From an uncultured bacterium (GTDB taxonomy: Bacteria; Krumholzibacteriota; Krumholzibacteriia; LZORAL124-64-63): a stretch of DNA of 64,000 nt. The stretch is from contig CALEMW010000166.1 of assembly GCA_937910695.1 (NCBI GenBank), forward strand, positions 41,998 to 105,997. Reading direction: 5' to 3'. A program made the position numbers and the translations under genes. The stretch's first letter is position 1, and each line of letters opens with the position of its first letter. The notes beneath the pieces are model-generated. The model ran no database searches. It was given only the letters and a program-made list of their open reading frames with translations, and had not been told where the DNA came from. This document shows, piece by piece, positions 58,420 through 64,000 of this stretch.

Positions 58420-61061
58420 ACCACGACTTCGAATCGGTCCTCACTCCCCAGATAGCGGTGCGCGGCTGCGCGGACCATCTCCGGCTCCATCGAGCGGATT
58501 TCCTTCAGGTAGAATCGCAGATTGTTGGGAGCGCGTCCGTAGAGTACATCTGCGGCGCAGCGCCCTACGCGCGCGTTGTTGGACTGGAGGGAGATGAGCA
58601 GATTGCCGAGCAGTCGGGCTCGAGCGCGTTCGAACTCCTCGGCGGTCGCCGGCTCGACGGCCGTTCGAAGCAGTTCGGCGGCCAGGGCCGCCGAAGCTTC
58701 GTCTTCGGTGGCGGGGTCGGTCATCACATAGCCCACGATCATGCCCGGGGCGAAGCTGCGGGCCACCTGCATGCCGCTGGTGTAGCACAGCGAACGTTTG
58801 CCGCGCAGTTCGGCAAAGAGTCGTCCACTTTGACCGTTGAGCAGGCTTTGGAGCAGGGCGAGGGCGGCGCGGTCGGCATCGGGACCCACGGGGCCCCGCC
58901 AAGCCGTGAGCACCACGCTCTGGCGAACATCACGCTCGATGCGCCGCTTCTGGATGCCGTCGGGCATGGGAACCCGGCTCAGGTCAGGCAGTTTTGGGGC
59001 ACGGCCCCGCGGCAGGTCGGCCAAGGCGTGTTCGAGCCTGGCTGCGAGGGCGTCGCGATCGACGTCGCCGGACACGACCACGTGCAGATTGCGGGTGACC
59101 CAGGTGCGGGCGTGATGGTCCGCGAGGTCTGCGACGGTCAGGGTCGCCAGACTCTCCGGCGTTCCCGAGAGGGGCAGACCGTGGGGGTGGTTTCCGTAGA
59201 CGTCGCGCCGGAGCTCGAGGGCGGCGTGCTGGAACGGATCGTCGTAGAGAGCTTGGAGGTCTTCGAGGGCGAATCGACGTTCTTTTTCGAACTCGTCCTC
59301 GGGAAAGGCCGGGTGAGCCGCCAGTTCGCCGAGGAGGTCGAGCAGCTCGTCGAGATGGCGGGTCAGACCGGTGAGATGGAGTCCGCTGTGATCCCTGGTG
59401 GCGAAAGGCGACAGGGACGCGCCGCGTTCCTCCACAAAGGTGTGGAGAGAAGCGGCGTCGCCACCACGGACGGCTTTGGCGTGGACCTGTTGGGTGAGGG
59501 CGGCCAGGCCTTCTTTGCCTCTCGGTTCCAGGGCTCCGCCACCGGTGGCGTAGAGTCCCACCGATGCTACGGGCAGGGCGGGGTCGCAGCGCAGATAACA
59601 GCGCATGCCGTCGAGGACGAGTTCCTCGAAGGGCAAGTCGTCGGAACCGGTGATGGCGGTGCGGCTGTGGTCCTTGGCGATGATCGGGGCGGGGCGGACA
59701 CCGGGAGGGGGCGGTGGGTCGTCGTCCAGGTGTGCGGCCAGAAGGGCATCCACCTCGGCCGCGGTTTCGGGCGGTGCGACGTTCGGCTCCACAGGTGAGT
59801 AGACCAGCACGCTGGCTTGGCTGCGGCGGAACAGTCGGCGCGCCACGCGCGTCACATCGTCGGCCGTGACCGCGGCGATGCGGGCGGGATGATCGAAGGC
59901 GCCGTCGAGGTCGCTCATCACGTCGTTCCAGCCCAGGCCGGCGGCCTGACCCTGGACCGTCTCCAGACCCATCTGATGGCCCCGTTCCGCACGGATCTTG
60001 GCACGGTTCAGCTCTTCGGTCGTAGGCGGCGTGATCTTGAGGGCCTGCAGGACTTCGGCCACAGCGCCCAGGGCCCCTCTGAGGTCCTCGGGACCGGTTT
60101 CGAAATCCACCATCAACAGACCTTCGCGCGGTCCCGACTCGCTGAGCAGCGTGATGCCGCTGACCAGCTCACGTTCTTCCTGGACCGTTCGGTAGAGGCG
60201 GCTCGAGCGGCCGTCGCTCAGGAGCTGGCGCAGGACCGACAGCACGGCGCGGTCGGGATCCCCTTCAGAAAGGCCGGGCAGGACGATCTTCCCGTACAGG
60301 CGTTGGACGTCGCCTTGTTCGCAACGGTAACGCAGTCCGTGGTGTTCGGGTTCTGGTGCCGGGTCGGGGAGTTGCGGCAGTTCGCAGGCCGGTTCACCGC
60401 CGAAGCGGGCAACCACGCCGTCGAGGACGGTCTCGGACTCCACGTCGCCCACGATCACCACGGTCATCTGGTCGGGACGGTAGCCGCGTTTCCAGAACTC
60501 CATGATCTTCTCGCGCGGAGTGTCGCGAAGAGCTTCGTCGAGGCCGCCGATGGGGTGCCGATACGGACTCTCGTCGAAGGCCAGTTCGAGGGCCCACTTC
60601 CAGGTCACACCGAAGCCCGAGGGTTGATCGTCGTACATGTGGTTCTCGTGGACGAGGACCTCGCGTTCTGCGTCGAGGGCTTCGGGATCGAAGGCCGCAT
60701 GGTGGAGGGCGTCGTGGAGGATGTCCACGGCCCGGTCCACGTGTTCGGCGGGGCAGGTGATGTGGTAGTTCGTGGTCTCATAGCCTGTGCCGGCATTGGT
60801 GCTGCCCCCCATGTCGGCCACTTCGAGCGCGAAATCCGACTCGCCGCGCCGTGCCGTTCCCTTGAACAGCAGGTGCTCCACACCGTGGGCCCAGCCGCGG
60901 ACGTCGTCTGGTTCCCGGTTCGATCCCACGCGGACCCACACGTTGCAGACTGCCACCGGCGTACGGTGGTCCTCGCGGATCAACACACGCAACCCGTTGG
61001 AGAGCTTGGCGATGAGAATGCCGCGGTAGATTTCCTGCTGCTTGATGGGACCGTTGGCCAT
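58404..61061 (-). CDS. M16-family zinc peptidase (pitrilysin/PqqL-like), fused active plus inactive halves
   Basis: 885 aa. Inverted zinc motif HGVEHLLFKGT (HxxEH) and downstream E (TNAGTGYETTNY). A second M16 unit fills the C-terminal half. I see no obvious signal peptide. Confidence 0.88.
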   Translation of the reverse strand: MANGPIKQQEIYRGILIAKLSNGLRVLIREDHRTPVAVCNVWVRVGSNREPDDVRGWAHGVEHLLFKGTARRGESDFALEVADMGGSTNAGTGYETTNYHITCPAEHVDRAVDILHDALHHAAFDPEALDAEREVLVHENHMYDDQPSGFGVTWKWALELAFDESPYRHPIGGLDEALRDTPREKIMEFWKRGYRPDQMTVVIVGDVESETVLDGVVARFGGEPACELPQLPDPAPEPEHHGLRYRCEQGDVQRLYGKIVLPGLSEGDPDRAVLSVLRQLLSDGRSSRLYRTVQEERELVSGITLLSESGPREGLLMVDFETGPEDLRGALGAVAEVLQALKITPPTTEELNRAKIRAERGHQMGLETVQGQAAGLGWNDVMSDLDGAFDHPARIAAVTADDVTRVARRLFRRSQASVLVYSPVEPNVAPPETAAEVDALLAAHLDDDPPPPPGVRPAPIIAKDHSRTAITGSDDLPFEELVLDGMRCYLRCDPALPVASVGLYATGGGALEPRGKEGLAALTQQVHAKAVRGGDAASLHTFVEERGASLSPFATRDHSGLHLTGLTRHLDELLDLLGELAAHPAFPEDEFEKERRFALEDLQALYDDPFQHAALELRRDVYGNHPHGLPLSGTPESLATLTVADLADHHARTWVTRNLHVVVSGDVDRDALAARLEHALADLPRGRAPKLPDLSRVPMPDGIQKRRIERDVRQSVVLTAWRGPVGPDADRAALALLQSLLNGQSGRLFAELRGKRSLCYTSGMQVARSFAPGMIVGYVMTDPATEDEASAALAAELLRTAVEPATAEEFERARARLLGNLLISLQSNNARVGRCAADVLYGRAPNNLRFYLKEIRSMEPEMVRAAAHRYLGSEDRFEVVVGPAR

Positions 61062-61240
61062 GGAAGACTCCTGTCGGATAGAAGGCCGTAACGGGGTCAG
61101 GATAGGGGCGCTTCCCGGCTTTGGCGACCTATGTTTCGGGACGATCCCACAGAGGGGCGCAGGTTGACCCCGTGGACTGGGCGTGCCATCTTCGCGTCGC
61201 GGCGTCCCATGCCGCGGTGCCCCCGGAACGAGGTGGAACG

Positions 61241-63319
61241 ATGGATGACAGGACCACGCCGCGGCGACGCAGCTTGTTGCGTCGCATGATCTACGGCGTG
61301 ATGGACAGGTTCAGGCTCGATGAGACGACCACCATGGTCATCGTGGCCGCGGTGCTGGGCGTGATGGGCGGCTACGGGGCGATCCTATTCCGATGGCTGG
61401 TCCAGTTCTTTCAGGGCTTCGCCATCGGCCAGGGTGAACATGTCGTCGAACTGTTGGCCTCGCAGCCCTGGTGGCGCACCGCTCTGATGCCTGTGGTCGG
61501 CGCCTTGATCGTCGGGCCGCTGGTGCATTTCGGGGCCAGAGAGGCGAAGGGGCACGGGGTTCCTGAAGTGATCAACGCCGTCGTGTTCAAAGACGGTGTG
61601 ATCCGGCCTGTCGTCGCGGCGGTCAAGATCGTGGCCAGCGCCTTGAGCATCGCCTTCGGCGGTTCGGTGGGCCGCGAAGGCCCGATCATCCAGATCGGCG
61701 CCGCCATGAGCAGCACCTTGGGCCAGTGGCTCCATTTTTCGCCCCAGCGCCTGCGAACGATGATCGGCTGCGGCGCGGCGGCGGGCATCGCGGCCACCTT
61801 CAACGCCCCCATCGCCGGGGCCATCTTCGCGCTGGAGATCATCCTGCGCGACTTCGCCATTGTGACCTTCAGCCCCATCATCGTGGCCAGCGTGGTGGCC
61901 ACGGCGGTCAGCCGTCACTACCTGGGCGACAGTCCGGCGTTCCCGGTGCCGGGCTTCTCCATCGGGAATTGGCTGGAACTGCCCGCTTTCGTGGTGCTGG
62001 GCGTTCTGGTGGGTCTGGTCAGCGTCGTCTACGTCAGGACCCTGTATTGGAGCGAGGGGTGGTTCGAGAAACTGCGTTTTCCCGACGCTCTCAAGCCGAT
62101 GCTCGGTGCGGTGCCTCTGGGCCTGTTGGCCGTTTTTTACCCCCAGATCTACGGCATCGGCTACGACTCCATGGTCCGCGCCCTGAGCGGCGACATGGTG
62201 TGGACGATGATGGCCGTGCTGGTGGTCGTGAAGCTGGTGGCGGTGAATCTGACCTTGGGCAGCGGCTTCAGCGGCGGCATTTTCGCCCCGGCGCTGTTTC
62301 TGGGCGGCATGTTGGGCGGCGCTTTCGGCGGCGCTATCCACCCGTGGGTGCCCAGCGATCCCGGCGGCTTCGCCATGGTCGGCATGGCGGCCATGGTGGC
62401 GGCGTCGACCCGCGGACCAATCACCGCCATCCTGATCCTGTTCGAGATGACCGGGGAGTATGCCATCATCCTGCCGCTGATGCTCGCCTGCATCGTAGCT
62501 ACGCTCGTGGCCCAGGGGATGATGAAGGACAGCATCTTCACCTTGAAGTTCAGTCTGGAGGGGCGGAGCCTCGACTACGGTCGCGAGAGCGCCATCCTCA
62601 AGAGCTGGCACGCCCAGGACGTGATGGAGGTCAACCCGCCCACGGTCCAAGTTACCGACGACCTCGATCGGATCCTCGACCTCTTTCTGACGGGCCGCGA
62701 GCACGCCTACTACGTGGTGGACGGTGAAGGCCGACTCGCAGGCCGAATCTCGATCCACGACATCAAGGACCTGCTCAACGAGCAAGGTCTCGGCAAGGTC
62801 GTGATCGCCGACGATCTTTGTCATCCGGTGGAACACCACTGTTATCGTCAGGACGATCTTGAAGAGGTCCTGCTGATGCTGACCCGCACCGACGAGGCCG
62901 ATCTGCCGGTGCTCCACCGTCCCGGCCACCCGACCCTGGTAGGGGTGCTGCACCGCAAAGCCCTGTTCGAGGTCTATAATCGGGAAGTCCTGCACAAGGA
63001 CATCGTCGGTCTGAAGATCCGGCATCAGGACAACGACATGCACGACAGCATCGAGCTGCCCGAACTCTACCGTGTGCAGCTGTTCACGCCTCCGGTATCC
63101 TTTGTCGGGAAAAGCCTGCGTGAGCTGGAGCTGCGCCAACGCTGGAACATGACCGTCCTGGCCACCAAACGGAAGGGTTGGAGCGGTGCGAGCTACAACG
63201 AGCTGCCCGATCCGGACCGCCGCATCTCGCCGGTGGACCGTCTGCTGGTCGTGGGGCACGTGGACGATTTCGAGCGCATGCTCGTGGAGGCTCAGGAGGA
63301 GCCGCAGCCGGGGGAGTAG
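61241..63319 (+). CDS. ClC-family chloride channel/transporter with C-terminal CBS pair and a TrkA-C (RCK-C)-like domain
   Basis: Selectivity motifs GGSVGREGPIIQIG, GSGFSGGIFAPALF, YAIILP. CBS region (VMEVNPPTV...AYYVVDGEGRLAGRISIHD). C-terminal LVVGHVDDFERM. ATG 61241 chosen; the ORF is open from 61121. Confidence 0.9.
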   Translation: MDDRTTPRRRSLLRRMIYGVMDRFRLDETTTMVIVAAVLGVMGGYGAILFRWLVQFFQGFAIGQGEHVVELLASQPWWRTALMPVVGALIVGPLVHFGAREAKGHGVPEVINAVVFKDGVIRPVVAAVKIVASALSIAFGGSVGREGPIIQIGAAMSSTLGQWLHFSPQRLRTMIGCGAAAGIAATFNAPIAGAIFALEIILRDFAIVTFSPIIVASVVATAVSRHYLGDSPAFPVPGFSIGNWLELPAFVVLGVLVGLVSVVYVRTLYWSEGWFEKLRFPDALKPMLGAVPLGLLAVFYPQIYGIGYDSMVRALSGDMVWTMMAVLVVVKLVAVNLTLGSGFSGGIFAPALFLGGMLGGAFGGAIHPWVPSDPGGFAMVGMAAMVAASTRGPITAILILFEMTGEYAIILPLMLACIVATLVAQGMMKDSIFTLKFSLEGRSLDYGRESAILKSWHAQDVMEVNPPTVQVTDDLDRILDLFLTGREHAYYVVDGEGRLAGRISIHDIKDLLNEQGLGKVVIADDLCHPVEHHCYRQDDLEEVLLMLTRTDEADLPVLHRPGHPTLVGVLHRKALFEVYNREVLHKDIVGLKIRHQDNDMHDSIELPELYRVQLFTPPVSFVGKSLRELELRQRWNMTVLATKRKGWSGASYNELPDPDRRISPVDRLLVVGHVDDFERMLVEAQEEPQPGE

Positions 63320-63322
63320 AGG

Positions 63323-64000
63323 GTGAAACGGACGCCGCCTGACATCCTGACCATCGACGTGGAAGAGTGGTTCCACGGCCATAACTATCTCGAACACGTG
63401 CCGCCGGGGTCGTGGGAGATCCAGGACCGCCGCGTCGAGGCCAACACCGAACGCTGCCTCGAACTCCTCGCGCGTCATGCCGTGACCGGCACCTTTTTCG
63501 TGCTGGGCTGGACGGCGGAGCGCCACCCCGACATCGTGCGTCGCATCGCCGCTGCGGGCCACGAGATCGCCTGCCACTCCATGGGCCATCCCATCGTCTT
63601 CCGGCTGACTCCCCAGGAATTCCGCGACGATCTGAAGCGCTGCCGCGAGGTGCTCGCCGCCGCCGGTGTCGACCACGTGGCAGGCTACCGGGCGCCCAGC
63701 TTCACGATCACGCCGCCCGTGCATGATTACCTGCACATCCTGCGTGAAGAGGGCTTCACCTACGATTGCTCGCTGTTCCCGGTCCATCATCCGCGCTACG
63801 GACAGCCCGCGTCGCCGCGTCATCCGTTCTTGCTGGCACCGCCGGACGAAGATCCCTGCCCTGAACGCGATCCGCTGCTGGTGTTGCCCATGACCACCGC
63901 CCGCATCCTGGGCGTGAACGTGCCGTTCGCCGGGGGTGGGTACATGCGCCTGCTGCCGGGTTGGGCATACGGGATGCTGCGGAGAATCGCCCTGCGCCAG
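63323..64000 (+). CDS. Polysaccharide deacetylase, DUF3473/XrtA-associated type (3' end outside the window)
   Basis: My own translation from GTG 63323 stays open to base 64000: LTIDVEEWFH, TGTFFVLGW, GHEIACHSMGH, AGYRAPSF. Starts 3 nt after the ClC stop. Confidence 0.8.
   Translation, partial: MKRTPPDILTIDVEEWFHGHNYLEHVPPGSWEIQDRRVEANTERCLELLARHAVTGTFFVLGWTAERHPDIVRRIAAAGHEIACHSMGHPIVFRLTPQEFRDDLKRCREVLAAAGVDHVAGYRAPSFTITPPVHDYLHILREEGFTYDCSLFPVHHPRYGQPASPRHPFLLAPPDEDPCPERDPLLVLPMTTARILGVNVPFAGGGYMRLLPGWAYGMLRRIALRQ

Noticed and set aside
58458-61091. Two long + strand ORFs (446 and 424 aa) opposite the M16 peptidase
   Set aside because: The minus strand carries the HxxEH zinc motif and full-length M16 architecture. 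The + strand ORFs are a compositional artefact.
61385-63823. 812-aa minus-strand ORF opposite the ClC channel and deacetylase genes
   Set aside because: It is antisense to a ClC gene with canonical GREGP and GxFxP motifs. No domain is recognisable in the antisense translation.

Overview
GC-rich (roughly two thirds G+C by eye) bacterial chromosomal segment. I call 46 protein-coding genes, 43 on the + strand, packed tightly with many 4-nt start/stop overlaps. I found no rRNA, tRNA, CRISPR array, transposase, integrase or phage gene. Content in order: nifU-nifS; mfd; a long envelope and housekeeping operon (PpiD/SurA-type chaperones, holB, PSP1/ricT, tatD, rsmA) that continues into an uncharacterised outer-membrane beta-barrel and two paralogous lipoproteins; a YibQ-like deacetylase plus a DUF362/ferredoxin protein; secDF; a six-gene operon with a giant polytopic NtrY-like histidine kinase fused onto a Bat-like DUF4159/DUF4175/TPR/GATase-like module; HAD-nnr-tsaD; a sigma-54-promoted four-gene signalling module (REC-GGDEF with a GGDDF motif, REC, histidine kinase fused to GAF and a degenerate HD-GYP, REC); priA; a secreted papain-like protease with beta-helix and FlgD-like C-terminal domain; aroB; a four-subunit 2-oxoacid:ferredoxin oxidoreductase operon; an AT-rich promoter island driving an insulated orphan secreted protein; a CPBP protease plus a P-loop NTPase; another histidine kinase; flavin reductase; cupin; M16 peptidase; a ClC channel; and a partial polysaccharide deacetylase. 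SurA, an OM barrel, lipoproteins and a T9SS/FlgD-like sorting domain suggest an uncultivated diderm of the FCB-like radiation; this is inference only. No hallmark of a known defence or mobile system is present. The best candidates for undescribed biology are the sigma-54 REC/GGDDF/HK-HD-GYP module (38.5-43.1 kb), the kinase-coupled Bat-like operon (21.6-34.2 kb), the barrel plus lipoprotein trio after rsmA (12.7-16.1 kb), and the insulated secreted-protein unit with the neighbouring CPBP/NTPase pair (53.0-55.6 kb). Family names were recognised by eye from motifs and need HMM confirmation.
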